A stretch of DNA of 64,000 nucleotides from positions 38,628,001 to 38,692,000 of the forward strand of contig OZ249436.1 in the NCBI GenBank assembly GCA_965235115.1. The letters are read 5' to 3'. Made by a program: the position numbers and the translations under genes. The notes beneath the pieces were generated by a model, which was not told the origin of the DNA, made no database searches, and saw only the letters and a program-made list of their open reading frames with translations. This document shows, in pieces, positions 37,321 to 51,400 of the stretch. Position 1 is the first letter of the stretch; each line of letters starts with the position of its first letter. The stretch comes from Laetmonice hystrix. Lineage: Eukaryota.

Positions 37321-39574
37321 GTGAGTAGCCTACACCTGAATTGCAATAATGTTTTTTTATGTATGTTTTATTACTTGTAAGGGCCGCTTACTTATAAGCA
37401 CATATTGTCATAAAACTAGAAGAGTAGCCACAACAAAATCCATGTTGGAGAGGTACATAGGTCTTGTCCCAACAATCACAAAATCATGTGTGCTTCAGAC
37501 CTAAGCCTGGAGTGGAAGCCTACGTGAGGGCCTGTGTGATAACGATAAAGGCACGCTATACTACGACCTCATTGCTCAAAGTACACTTAGATCTACAAAC
37601 AACATATATTGGCATACCTGCCGGGTATAGGCCTGCTATTTTCTAACCTTGGTCTACATGTTCTTGGTCAGACGCACCAGAATGAGACACAAAAGCTTTT
37701 CTCTCTCAGAGTGACATGCTTCACTTCCGATGACATAGCGTCACCACAGACATACCACTGTCACAAGGCTACAGCAGCCGGCCCACTTTCAAGATTTCCC
37801 CTCAAAACAGTTCACGCTCTGGTACCCACGGCCCCACTACAACAAACACCCACACAAGGTGCTTTGAATCGAGTTGGCGTTGGCCTTAAAATTGGCACAT
37901 ATACTTGCAGCTCCTTAACTTTTAGCTCAAGGTGAGGTGAAGAGATCACTCTAGAGTCAGCCAGGCATAGCGGGTCAAAGGTCAACGGTCAGGTCTAGAA
38001 CACCGTTATAACAGTTACAGATTGCCAGATCTTAAGAAAGTTAGATATTTTTTGGGAGAAATGTATCAATTTATACCTAAAATATTAACATAAAACTTGT
38101 ATCCAACTGATTTATCAGTCCGGGTTTACACTTTGCGGTATCCGCTGAGGGAAATTATATATAACGGTTGAACGTACACATCAGTAGAGGCAATGCAATT
38201 AGTATCAGCTGAGTAATAAATTTCTCTCCATCAGAAGCTTTTCACTGCGGTGTTGTAATATGCCCCGTTATTATAGCTGCCAGCTGGGCATCAGCTGTTC
38301 GCGTGGTTACATTGAGGGCTCGCTATTGTACGTGGTCAATGTTCAGGGCAGGATCTAACGCAATGCAAATGATTGTAAGTTGGCAGAGACCAGCGTAGGC
38401 AAAAGGGGCAAACTACGGGTTATCAGTTCACCTATAGGATGAGCCTTGAGGGTCGGCTATTGACAAAATATGCATGGAGGACAAATTGAATGTTTGGTGT
38501 TTTAGTGGTATAGGAGTGTCGGCTCGCTCTCTCACGTTCCGAGGGGCCCCAGTCGGATCAGACCTTCTGTCCAGACATGGCAGCCAGTAAGGATCGGGAC
38601 GCTTTGAGTAGATTTCTCAGGGCCTCGGCTCCAATACAGGGCCGTCCCGTGGTCTATGAGATATTATGAGATATTATCGAAAGGTGTCACAGATACACTA
38701 TAGCTTTACCAAATATTGAGGATGGAAATCCCTTGACGAACACAGCGCTGTTGACGCCTCGGCGAGTATCGCGACTACAAGAGTCACACGACAGGCACGG
38801 CCACTGTATCATTCGGAGCTGAGGCTTTCTGGTTCAAATAAACATTGTTATTATAGCAATATTTATTTTCCTCAAACTATGCAAACTTGCCATTTCAATG
38901 GCCGACAGAGATTGCAGAAAGAAAGTATTTTTGGTATGACTAACAAGTTAATCGTGTTATGGCAAAACCATGCAAGTCACTCATCTTACCCCCCCCCCCC
39001 CTTCCACCAAAAAAGATGGAGGGTAAGGAGATACTCCGCCAATATAACCCCCTTGCCCTCCATTACTTGGACTACCTTATGGCCTTAAAGTCCCAGCCCT
39101 ACCCTGAATCAGCATGACCCATTATCTGTAACCTGTAGTTCAAACAATCACCAATTATATACCCCCCCCCCCAAAAAAAAACCCACCAAAACTCCCCAAA
39201 AGGCAAACGCGCAGACACCACTGGCGTCTCAAGAGCCTTATACCTCGCCACAAATCTTAGACATCTTGTCAACAACACCATTCAACGGTTCGTGCTGTTT
39301 CCAAGTGTAAAGTCTGCAGGCTTTAGAGTCCGATATCAGAATCCTACTATTTCATTTGTTCTCACACACGGGCGAGTGCATGATCATTATATTTATACAT
39401 CACATGGCGAGCAGTGAATATATCTCGTCCTTATATATTCGGGCTGGGCCTTTAATCTTTTACTTTCCTCCCTTCTCTCAAAGAATCGCCAAGGGTATTT
39501 TGTCACAGATCCCTAGAGAACTTGTTAAACAAGTCTTACTATAATACACACATGTCCTTGCAGGTCGGAAAATA

Positions 39575-39745
39575 ACAATAGTGGTCAGGGTACCGCCATA
39601 AGAGGGTCTAGGGTCTACTCCATGTAAGACTCCATGTAATAACAATAGTGATCAGGGTATCGATATAAGAGGGTCTACCCCATGTAAGACGCTATAGTGA
39701 TCAGGGTACCGCCATAAGAGGGTCTACTCAATGTAAGACGCTATT
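39575..39745. repeat. Short imperfect tandem repeat x 3
   Basis: ATAGTG(A/G)TCAGGGTACCGCCATAAGAGGGTCTA...ATGTAAGAC repeated three times. Confidence 0.85.
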
Positions 39746-41371
39746 ACCAAGCTAACCCTTGAGACATCGCTCGAATTACATACCCACTCGAATTACGTAC
39801 CCGGGTATTAGTTTGACTGAGCTGGGTGAACTTTTCAATAATACGAACTTAATTTCGCTCTATCCTGATTAGTTACCGATGTATTAATGTTGAAATAATT
39901 ATAAACCCTTTAGCTCCTTTATTTCCCTCTAATGAGGAGTTTCCTTAGTTTAGTCCTCTGAACTTTGAAACACGCACGTAGGTCCCCTAGTCCTGTCCAG
40001 TCTATAGAATATTATTTGAACTGAAATGGTCACTCACGTATAATGTTGCAATATATAAAGCATATACATGCTGAGTGTATAAAATATCGTATAGTCAGAC
40101 TGATGCATTCCACTGTCTGTGACAGTTGATGGTTCGACTGGCCTGGATTGAAGCCCTCCTGACCAGCATATTTGGCTGTCGGCCGTCATATGTCCGACCA
40201 AGTGTTGGGTGAGAGGTCACGTAATAAACGTCACGAGAACAGATCTCTCTTTAAATGTAGAGACAGCTAAAACGTTGCGTTCTACTTTTCAAAGAAAAAG
40301 TGCATGCCTGTTGAAATATCGTACGGTAGCCTACTTACGGGTATACATGTTGGAAATTGACAATCCCCAGTTATATTTTTATGAATTACGCAACATTACC
40401 ATTAATATTAATTTAGCTAATGTGGTGATTCCTCTTAGAAAGATTTAACCGTTGATATTGGTAAGTGGACATCCTTTTCACTGAAATGTGCACCACATGT
40501 GCCCACAGAATTATTGTTTAATTCATTATACATGTATAACCAGTACACCCGAGTCGGTATGTAATGTTCGGCAAAGGGTCAGATGAGAGTTTATGTCATC
40601 GGACATTATCAATACATGCTGTACAGTTTGAGCACACACCAACCACACTTTTTAATTCTGGATACATACTTATGGAGACGTGGAAAGAAGAGCGTCGTTA
40701 AAACCTCACCTGGTCATGATGAATACCGGGAAGTTAATTCTAAAAACATACAATGCCGATTTCCGAGAAGCTATCATGTAATGTTAAAACTGCCACTATA
40801 ACTGGCTCTATCGTTTTGGTTACAACCGTTTGTGGGTGAAGCGTGTGTATTAAACCTAGATATAATAAACTGAGTATACGATTGTCGTCAACATCAGAGC
40901 TATCATCCATTATCGTAAAAAGGCCGAAACTGGAACAGTACAGTAGTAAACTAGTAATGGATGGGGAATGGGTTGTTTACTAGAGACATAGGAGTTAGAT
41001 TTACTCATGTAAAAAATGGGTAATGTCCAATGAGAAGATCATTGGTTGACGGGGACGTGTCGCGATCAATAGACAGGGATATCAGCTATAGAATGTGCGG
41101 CATGCTTTGTGTACACATCGGAGATAACGTCTCAAAAATGTTTTTATTCACATCTAGTAACTTTTTCAGAACGTTTATTTACTACTAGGACACGGGGAGG
41201 ACGTATCACAAGACTAGTATGTAGGAGAATATCATTATCATGAAGGTCAAGGAGAAAAAGATAAGGAGCGATTTGTAAACGTTTATCTTTCCCCGAATCG
41301 TGACACACACCTGGATAATTTTGTTTTGTAGATAGTATTGATGATAGGTGCTACCGTATATATCGCCACCC

Positions 41372-41535
41372 CCGCTTCAGGAAAGTGGTTAGGCTAACTT
41401 GGTTAAGATGAATTCGAACCAGAGATTTAACCAATCAGGAAACAGAGAATTAACCAGTCGTGGTTAAAGTTAGAGTTAACCACGATTTTAACTAACTTAC
41501 GTCTATGGTTAACTTAACCACTATCTTGAAACCGG
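41372..41535. mobile_element. Small MITE with TTAACC/GGTTAA repeats
   Basis: CCGCTTCAGGAAAGTGGTTAGGCTAAC vs right end reverse complement CCGGTTTCAAGATAGTGGTTAAGTTAAC. Confidence 0.6.
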
Positions 41536-43837
41536 CTGTTAACAGACATAGGCCTCTAAGGCCATGAATTGCGATATAAAGCAGTGCGTCATGAATCCAC
41601 ATTCCTCCGAGTTGAGAGTGAGCTAGCGGAGGGGGGGGGGGGGGTGACGTTCAGGCAAGTTACAATAGTATTAGCCACTGAAGTTTTCTGTAAGTGTGTA
41701 TCTCGTGGGTCTGTAAGATGGGCCTTGGTTTCCGGTGGATGCCAAAGTAGGTACAAATGGCATTGGATCGGCAGGGAACATCCCGCCATCTATCATGATT
41801 TCGTGGATGTAGGCAGATGAGTGAATGCATGTTGCCAAATAAGGATCAGCTTTGGGCAGGGACTTGCCTTACCGATGTGGCGGGGAGAGGGGGGAGGAGG
41901 TTGGTCTGGGCACGACACGGCCAATAATCTGATCACCCCAGCACGAGGGTTCATCGCACCGAAAGCGAGGCTTGGTGCTCACCCCGACCACCTTGCCAAT
42001 CAAGTTTCGGACAGAGCTGCCACATAGCACACAGACATGTGCAGTTAGGTGGCTTTCACGCTTAAAATGTTGTGGTACGATAAACACATGCTGAAACTGA
42101 GATATGGATTCCGATCAGTGTTGTAGCAAAGGTGGCTCGGGTTATCAGTGCTCAGTAATGTGGACATGGCTTTCCAAATATGATATCGTATTGGCGGGTT
42201 GCAGTTTAACTATGAATGGAAAGGGCGGGTTTTAATGGATCGATGCGTATTAAATGGTAGATTGTATAGGATGTTTCCCGTTTATATCGCGTTCCGATAT
42301 GTGGCTATGACTGTCACTGCCCTGTGAATCCTGTTATATTGATTGGAAGCGAGATTAAAGGGCATCGTTATTAACGATTAATTAACGATAAATATTTATT
42401 ACATATTGTTCGGTGCGAGAAGGACCTAGCTCGTTTTTTTTAACTCTTTTATTTTTTTGCGCACACAAGGAACCCGGAGACATTGGTGTGTTGTGTGAGG
42501 GTCATTAGAAAATGACGTAATAATAAATTTATTTATAACATCTCCTACTCTTATAACAGTGGCTGAGAGGGGGATCCCCCACGTCCTTGAGCAGAAGGTT
42601 CTCAGAGTGAGATGACGGTGGAACCCCCCTTTTACGCACATACGTATATTAATTACCCAAGGGCGCACCTATATTGAAAAGCCTATCCTTTTTGGAGAAC
42701 GTTGCGGAGAAGTGACAGATCCGCCAGCGACCTTTTCATAAAGCATGACTCAGTGATGTTTTTACAAGTAGCCTTTGGAGGTGACTATACCTAGTTTACA
42801 AAGTATTCCAGGTTACTGGAATAAAAGCTTGATAATGTTCGCTGGCCTGGCTCGAGGATGTCGCTAGCTTGGCTCGAACATGTTGTCAGTCAGTATACGT
42901 TTGGTGGGTTGTGAAACTTTCTGGAATGATTCCTTATCGCTTTCCAAGAAGTGCTAAATACCATATATTCCGCTGTTGACCATGATACGTCGAACACTAG
43001 TGCAATATGGATGATAGTTGCCAAGAACTGTCCCGGTTTAATACCTTTAATAAGAGAAATACTGATCTGTTAAAGAGACACTTCAGAATGAGATTGCGGC
43101 TTCCTGGTTTTATTTGGCGCCAATTAGGCCTTGTCAATGTCCTTGAGCATCGCCCACAACACATATTGCTGCCGAAATCCCCAGCGGTACTCTGGCTGAC
43201 ATGTTCACGCGCATCATGTCATAAAATGTGAGAATAATGATTTTTGAGGCCAACCCCCGTGCAGTTCTAATCGGTGGACCTGCCAGAGATCTGCTGCCAA
43301 CGATAAGCTTTCAATGTGAGACAATCAACAGGAGAAAGATTCCAACATATTGTCATACACGGGGACTGACATAGCCTATCTTGACTATATCAATTGTTTG
43401 TTTTTACCGTTGGTATTACATGTATACTAAATCATGTCCCAATGTATGCAGGCATTAACTTTCTTTTATCAGACCGTGCTGATAACCTGCCAGATATCAG
43501 TATATACATCCGGTATAGGAACGCACCTTGTCCTAATCTTGTCCTAATATATTCAGAGTGGTTCACGTAATCCTGGTATGAAGTCGATGTGTCAGGATTT
43601 GTGCTGTATAAGCTCAGTGATGTTTACATCCAGAGTACGATGGAATGCTGCACGTGCCGACCGTCACGTAGGAGCACGTCAGTACGTGCTGCATGCACAA
43701 CCTTCAACACCAGGTTCAGAATCGGAGGATTTACTGGTAGCTTGCCTAAGCTCTCTATGTACAAGAGACATAGGGATAAATTGTAGAGAGGGTTTTTTCC
43801 GTTCTGGAGCGTTGTCTTATTAGAAAGGACAGTAGGT

Positions 43838-43935
43838 TTACAACATAATTTACAACACAATGTTTACAACATAATTTGAAAACATTTGACATAATTTGAC
43901 AACATAATGTTTACAACATAATTTGACAACATTAT
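43838..43935. repeat. Short degenerate tandem repeat (ACAACATAATTT)n
   Basis: Read directly. Confidence 0.8.
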
Positions 43936-45276
43936 ACATTCTGTAATACTCAGATTCAGGATCTCTTTATGCTTATAATCAATGATACGATCGAATTATA
44001 ACGACGCCAAGGCCGTTTTTATTATAGGGCTTACCAGTTTTTTTCATAGGAGTTCTCGGGAATTACTTTTTTGTTCAGAATCGTAGTTCCGAAATGCCAC
44101 TGGTCGATATAAGGAACAATTGATTTCCCCGAAATTTAACATGAAAATACGGTAATTGGGGATAATCAATTTGTTCCAATTCTTAAAATCAATAACGATC
44201 GTCAAAAGGCCGGGAGGAGTAGAACAGTGGGTAAATATTGATAAATACATGTACGTCCAATTCAATGGTCCGGTGGCATCTAGGCTTATGTATCTCTGAC
44301 TTGAAGAGTCCATGCCGAAATGAGTTAGCCTATAAGACGTAATATTAGGCTAATTCAGTCCGAATGAGTGAAAATAAACAATAACCCTAAAATCTTGGCT
44401 GGCGTGAAGATCAACCTGCCTGTATTGACTGTTGTCTTTAACCGAAAACCATCGTGTCGACCCTGACCTTTGACCCTTTGTTGGGGTTTGCTGGGAAGGG
44501 CTGCAGATGGAACACACAGATAGCGACGTCTAGCGGCAACGGACATCCCCAAAGGCGCAGAGGTGCGACAGCGCGTGTCAGTTCATCGCATCTCGCGAGA
44601 CACCGGGTCACGTGACAACCCGAGACTAATTCTGCAGACACATACCCGCGTCCTGCTGCAGTGGCTGTGTCTCTAAGTCATTCCAAAATTAACAATGGTG
44701 ACACTGGCGTATATTAAACGTTCTCAAAATTACGTGTAATTGGACTCGTGTATTGATTGCGAAGCATTGATTTACCATCGGGTATTGGTTCGACCTGGGC
44801 CCATTCCCTCACTCACTGACATAAGAGGTGACAGCAAGTCGTATGCTTAAATGCACTGACGATATTTACCTCTCCCAAGTTACATTAATTTTCCATTGAA
44901 GGCCATTAAATCATTTGCAAAAATCCCAGGGGAAAGAGCACGGTCGCTTCACTAGGCGCTCTTAACGCTTTTACACTCGGAATTCATTTACAAGCGTTCT
45001 TAGCTGAAGCAGACACAATCATGTCATCTTCATTAGCAGAACCACGTAATTGTTTCCTATTGACTTACGGTCCAGCTCCGTGGCCGGGGCCGACTGTATT
45101 GTCTGGGGAACTGCATGAGAGTGGCAGGAATTGACGAATCCACAGAAGAAATTCATTTTCCTCATTAATGAATGTAGAGAATCCGTTTCCAGCATGTTCT
45201 TAACGTAAGGCAGCTGGTTTGATATCGATAGATACTATATGAAAATATCGTATCATATACATGTATAGGTCCTGTT

Positions 45277-45488
45277 CCGGCTAGATATGTCCGAACGGCT
45301 AGTTATGTCCCAAAGGAGATATGCCTGGAAACATGAGCTAGATGTGTCCGGAGAAAGGTATATGTCCAGTAATATCAGCTAGGTGTGTCCGGTAATCCGG
45401 ATATGTCCGCAAATGTCAGCTAGATGTGTCTGGTAATCCGGATATGTCCGCAAATATCAGCTAGATGTTCGGACGTATCTATAGCCGG
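45277..45488. mobile_element. MITE with CCGG termini and internal ATGTCC repeats
   Basis: CCGGCTAGATATGTCCGAAC...GTTCGGACGTATCTATAGCCGG. Confidence 0.75.
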
Positions 45489-48400
45489 AAAGGCCCTAAC
45501 ATTTGATAAACTCTATCCCATCCAGGTTGTACCGGCAGACACAATCCTGGGTTACCACCTAATTTGATCACTTTGATCTCTATATCATACGAAACTAGAC
45601 GCTCAGATCTGACTAATTTATACGAGTATTTACTCGGACTATAGCATAAAGGAGAAGTATTTCTGGACTGCATAATACCATAAAGACATTGATATGGCAT
45701 CCACAACGCGGCATTCTCTAGCTCACGTCGAACATGGACGCCAAAAGAGCGTGTCGCCCTTCGAACCACCAGGAGACCGCCGGAGTGGACACTGCCCGGT
45801 GGTCGTAGCTCGGAGATGACCGATAGCTGACCAGTACTGACCGGACCCAGCCGAGATGACGGGAGGCGGCGAGGGGCCGACCGGCCGACTGGCCTGGGGA
45901 TCCCGGAAACTCCGGAATCTCTGATTGAAAGCGGTCAGGATTAAAGCGACCCGACTCGGTGGGAGTTGGGCGTACAGACAGCGGTAGTCAGGGTTCGTCT
46001 CCAGAGAACGACTCGCCCCCAGATCCAATTCACCGAGTCTGACCTTTGTATCCTGGGCGTGATAAAAGAAATGGACTTCACGGTGTAAGACAGGAGATAG
46101 GTACTGTAGACTGGACTAATTGAGGATTAACCCATAGTCCTTGAACCTATGTTCTTCATTTATCGTATACAGGGACGCCTAGTTATAAAACTACTATTGA
46201 ATCAATTCTTTAATTAGTGGGAAAGATTAAATAATGTATTTCTTTAAAAAAGGAGATATCTACATATATAATCTTTACTTATTTTATCCCATGCGCTGAC
46301 AGCAAAGTGACCTTTGACCTTGATGTGACCTCCAAAGAGTGTGTGCCACGTTATGATGAAAAGTACTTTGGCTCACCGGTTAAAGGGATGTCCACGGAAA
46401 TTTGCTGGTGGGCCACTTTCCCTTTTGTAATTACTTTCGACGGAACTACCACATTCCGTCCGTCCGCCTCAGGTCTCAGCAGGCGATATCTCGCGAGAGT
46501 CGGTGAGAATAACGTGCCGAAAGCGCCACCTGTTTCCTACAGACCACATGGTGCCCCGGGCCAGTTCTTGTATTCGTACCTTACGGTTAAATCTCCAGAG
46601 TTTACACGGAAATTCCAAGCAGGGTCATTGAAATGAAACAGATCACTTTGGATGTCATGTGACTGTCTTAATTCTCATCACAACCTGACGTTTTGTGTAG
46701 ACTACAGGTGTGGCGTTGTCGGCATATCCAACATGATTCTGGTTGGTTTGTCTGATAAAATAAGCCATTTTATATTCAGAATGAAACACGCCTGTCGTCT
46801 CGCATCACTCAGAGAACCATCTGGAGTTTGTCAATTTTCCTTAGGGACCATTATTTTTATGAATAGCAAAGTACAATTGTATGAATGCATCACATTTCAC
46901 GGTCACATGTATAGTCTAACACCGACTGTGGTACAAATGTATATTAACTTTCTGAATGACAGACACAATTGCGTAATAAATTGTGAACGTCAATCCTGGA
47001 AAGTTAAACTTTTGTGTGTGTTTAGTCACATACTATTTGCGGTGCTGTATGATGTATCAGTAAAAAAAAGCTTGTATAGGTCTATGTTTAGTGTACCTTT
47101 GCCTTAAAGGATTTGGTTCACGCGCCGAATGGACCAGAATCTTCAGCTTTTTACTTAGGCCTACATCCTCATCGTTCATTTTGATTCTATTAAAACAGCT
47201 GCTGTGAATATACAATCAGTAATATCCCCCCACATCATTCTGGTATGTTGCTTATCGTGGGAACATAGACATCACCTGGGAATGAGTCCCAAATGAACCC
47301 AGCTACAATTCCATGGGCTTCGGAAGATTTTCAGTCGCATGAAAGACGTTTTGGCGACCTTTATATTTTTTTTCAACATTATAAATATAAAACTCATATT
47401 GAAATGTAGTTAGAGAAACTATCTGAGGAGAGTAATGCAGATGTATTATCGTGTAAATGGCCACGTATTATTTGAAATCGTGAGACCATATCTTTCATGT
47501 TTAGGACTGGATCCAGACGCAGGCCAACAACTGTTGGTATACAGGTCTACATATTCTGTGAAAGGATGCGTCAGCACGCCATGTATGAAGGTCCTGAGAT
47601 CTACTATAGATGAACGTAGAGTGCTTCTGTGGTATATGTTTGTCAAACTAAACCGCAAAAGAAAAAAAAAACATCTTTAGTCACCTTACTTTCACCGAAA
47701 TGATTATAAAAAAACAATAGAGCAAAATGTTGTTTCAGATTATGTTTTATGAAATGCAGTATCTTCCATCAGAGAATTTCTTTCCAGTATACTGGCAGTA
47801 AGAGAATGATATTGTGTAGGATTTCCCCACAATGGTTGATAGATCAGTAAAGCGAGGGCTTTATACCAAACGGACCCACTGACTCATTATTTGCCCAGTG
47901 AAAGCCCCAGGGAAAGGTTTCAGTAATCTCAAGTTTTGGCTTACGTCTCGCCAGTTCTGTAAATGCTAACGAATACGTGCTGGGTTCCATGTTTAATGTA
48001 TTCGACACAGAGCCACGGGCAATCATTAGTAGGCGGAGTGTGGACTAGCTCGGATTGTGACAATGTGTTCACGGAACAGTAAGGAACCCCATCGAAATAC
48101 ATTAAGACGCAAAATCGCCCAAGTCCGTTAACCCCAAAACGGAGGAGTTATGACACAGCGCTCAAAGAATGCCTGACATGCTCACGCCAACAAAGTGTAG
48201 ACCACCATGCCTGATGAAAAGGGTGACTTAAAGTTACCTCTATAATCCTTTCAAAGAGAATTGCGCACTTGAACGTTACGTGTACATCCAGAGTGTGTTA
48301 TTTCCCACGGCAGTGCAGGATTGACGCATACCTGATTCTTGATACACGCTTAAAGCAACCTGTAGCTCTAACCGAGGCTGTTCACTTAATTCTGTGCTCA

Positions 48401-51400
48401 GTGACCTGTCGGATTATAGGGATGTCTGGAGGCTAGAATGTATACTTAGAGTCAACTAGAAGTGCCCCTTACATAATGATTCAATCATTTTAAAATTGTT
48501 CGTGTCTGGACCATTGTATGTTATCCACTTATAAGAGAAATGCGGACTAGTGTAAAAAGAAAATGCCGCTAGAAACAAAACCAGTAGGAGTGAACGATCA
48601 GCCATGTTACTGTAAGGAGAGCTAGGTAAGATTTTAGAACGCTAACTGTAGCTACTCTTGTCCGGCTAAGTTTTGTAATTATATTTATGAAGAGAACTTG
48701 ATTCCTATTTCTTTTTCAGTTTTTTTTATTCACCCATTTGATCAGCTGTGTTCCATCTTTTAAATCTCACATCGGGTATTTTTTTTTTAAAGATTTTTCT
48801 CTCGAGAACAACCGTTAATAATCTCGTTTATGATACGATATCATGTGTTATACGTATACGTGGAAAAATATATTACCTTTTCATATATATCCACAATAGC
48901 CCTATATACATTTCCAAAAACAAATCAGCAAGAACGTTGCACTGCCTAAGAAAACCATTAAACCCAGAGTCACACGACTCCAAACATTACCTGTTTTAAA
49001 TTCAGAGGGACACGTGAATAGGTCAAGGGTAATATATACTTTTCTCAGTCCTTGAGTATAAATCTCGAACTAAATGTCGTGAGGAGAAATTATCCTCAGC
49101 ACAACCATGATCGAGCTGTCAGTAAATGGATCAGCTACTATTAGGATGGCGACAGGTCACTGTTGTTTTTAGTGACCAAGGTTAGGGTGTGAAAAGACAA
49201 AAGCCGGTGTTACTTTCAGGACCAATTTCTTCTTTAAACAAAGACCAATTAAGGCTTGGATAAATTGGTCTTGAAAACCGACGGGTCTGAACTGTGACTT
49301 GTCACGTCGGCGTCCAGTATCAACATCGTCTCTCCTCATTTTTAACATCGCGTTACCCGAAACATATATAGCCCGTACTCCAGGGACAAAGGACAGGCTG
49401 GTTTGTTTAGCAGATAAGCGCTGAGTAGGATTGAATTCACGCCAAACTTGGGCAGACCGTTAACTAACTCATTGCCCTTGCCGACCCTCGGCCCTTAGTT
49501 CCCTTGTGATGCAGCAGACCGTGTCCTCCCTATCTTTCCAGAAGCGCCTGCCATGTTCTGCCTTAGCCATTATGATAATTATAAACAAACGGTTATATAG
49601 CCTAAGTCACAGCTTTTGCGGATAGTACCTTTGGAGTTCAATATGGTCTTGGAACGATTAGAAGTTGTAAAGTTTTTTTTCTAAATAACTGTCCATCGGT
49701 TGACCATGCAGGAGAGCTCGCCTCGACCGCTGTGCTAACTTCAACCTCTGTTCGGTGCAGACATGTAAAAGATAATTGGTTACTTCCCGCCTGAGACTAA
49801 TTTAGATCAGTGAAGACTTGAATGGGGCATCCTTTGGTTTCTTCTGTTAATCGCACATCACAGTGCGACGCGGAAACTTGTTCACCAAGAAGCCAAAAAT
49901 CTACTTTTCAACTTAGTATGAAGTCGGGTTCATTTGGACAGCCTACGCCATCTGCGCACGAAGTTTGGAGGCCTTGTGCCTTAAAGTTTCGATAAAGAAG
50001 TGTTCAAAATCATCACTAAATCAGAAAGGGAAGCATGTCCCGTTTTGGTGTGCTTTGTCATCTTTGAAGCAAGTTTCTGTCCACACACATGATATCGAAA
50101 TACACGTTTACTTTTTCAGCGGGGGTAAATTTTTAAGAAAGAAGGTAAAATACAGGAAACTTGGAGGCGGATGCGCTACGCTACGTTGTATTGGTGTAGG
50201 CGTATACTATCACTCATATATGACTTACATCTGTGATAGTGATATCTGCTTTCTATATCTTGGGCTCGTGATTATGATCAAGATCGAGTGAGATGTGGCT
50301 TATTGTATTCAGAAGAGAAATATTAAGATACAGTTGGTCTTCTTGGTGCAGGAGACCTGTCATTTAAGGAGAAGATGAATTCCAGTCACAGTGAAGTAAT
50401 CACCTTGAAGTACTTTGCCTCCATTCGCTTAACCCAAATGAACTCTGACAAGAACTGAAAGTTTCTCTGTGGACGAGTTGTTCTTGCCGCGTTCGCTGAG
50501 TTGAAAGAACTTTCTTCCACTTACATATAGAAGGTAGAATAGTTTTCTAAAATGTTGATAGGCCTATGTTTTGATTCTACACATATTCCACTCGTTTTTC
50601 GGAGCACATATATACAGAATGTATAGCACTAAAAACATTACTGAATGATGGTAGATATCCGAATATATGTCTGAGATCATAATCAGCATCATTCTACCAG
50701 ATGACGCCATCATCAAACATAAAATTTAATGATATTTTATAGCAAATGTTGACTTTAATACTCCTAACGAAATATGTTTTTATTCCCATGTAGCGCACGG
50801 CGCCTCCACCCAGTGGTGATTGGGCTATCGTTGCGCCACCTACTGCCACAATTGAACTGCTAATCTCGGTAATCTTATAATGGTCTGAAAAGTGCTCAGA
50901 GCCCTTCAAAGGCAACCGCGTTCCTCCATTGTAAGGCGCCTCACAAAGCGCTTTTCACGAGTCAGTCCAGATCACTATGGGGGTCTTTGCGGGGGAGTGA
51001 ACCGGTCTACAATGTAACCAGTGGCGTTTTTCATTTTGTTATCATTCACAAGTTGAGGGAATCTCTCCCTCGTGTAATTCTGCCGGCAAGTAAGTGGTCT
51101 GGAGGCATTATGGCAATCAGCCAGTGAGGTCGTATGCGACACTCTCCATCGCAATCTCTATTGTTAGCCGAATAGCGGTAGCGTTATTCATTAAGCGGCA
51201 GAACGATTATGCCATAATTGGAATCATCCATTGTCAACAGAAAACAGAGAGACAATTTTCCACTCGATGGATACCCCTTTTCACTGGCATGGTATGATTT
51301 TACACCAATAGGAAGTGCGCGCTCTAGGCCATGGCCAGAACCCTCAGGCAAATTATGATAAGACCAGACGGATTATGTAACTACGCCGAACGATTGGACG

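Noticed and set aside
45720..46050. GC-rich block with a 101-aa minus-strand ORF
   Set aside because: No recognisable domain, splice signals or terminal repeats; cannot be supported as coding.
46307..47107. ORFs of 109 and 151 aa
   Set aside because: No recognisable motifs or exon boundaries; composition resembles random intronic ORFs.
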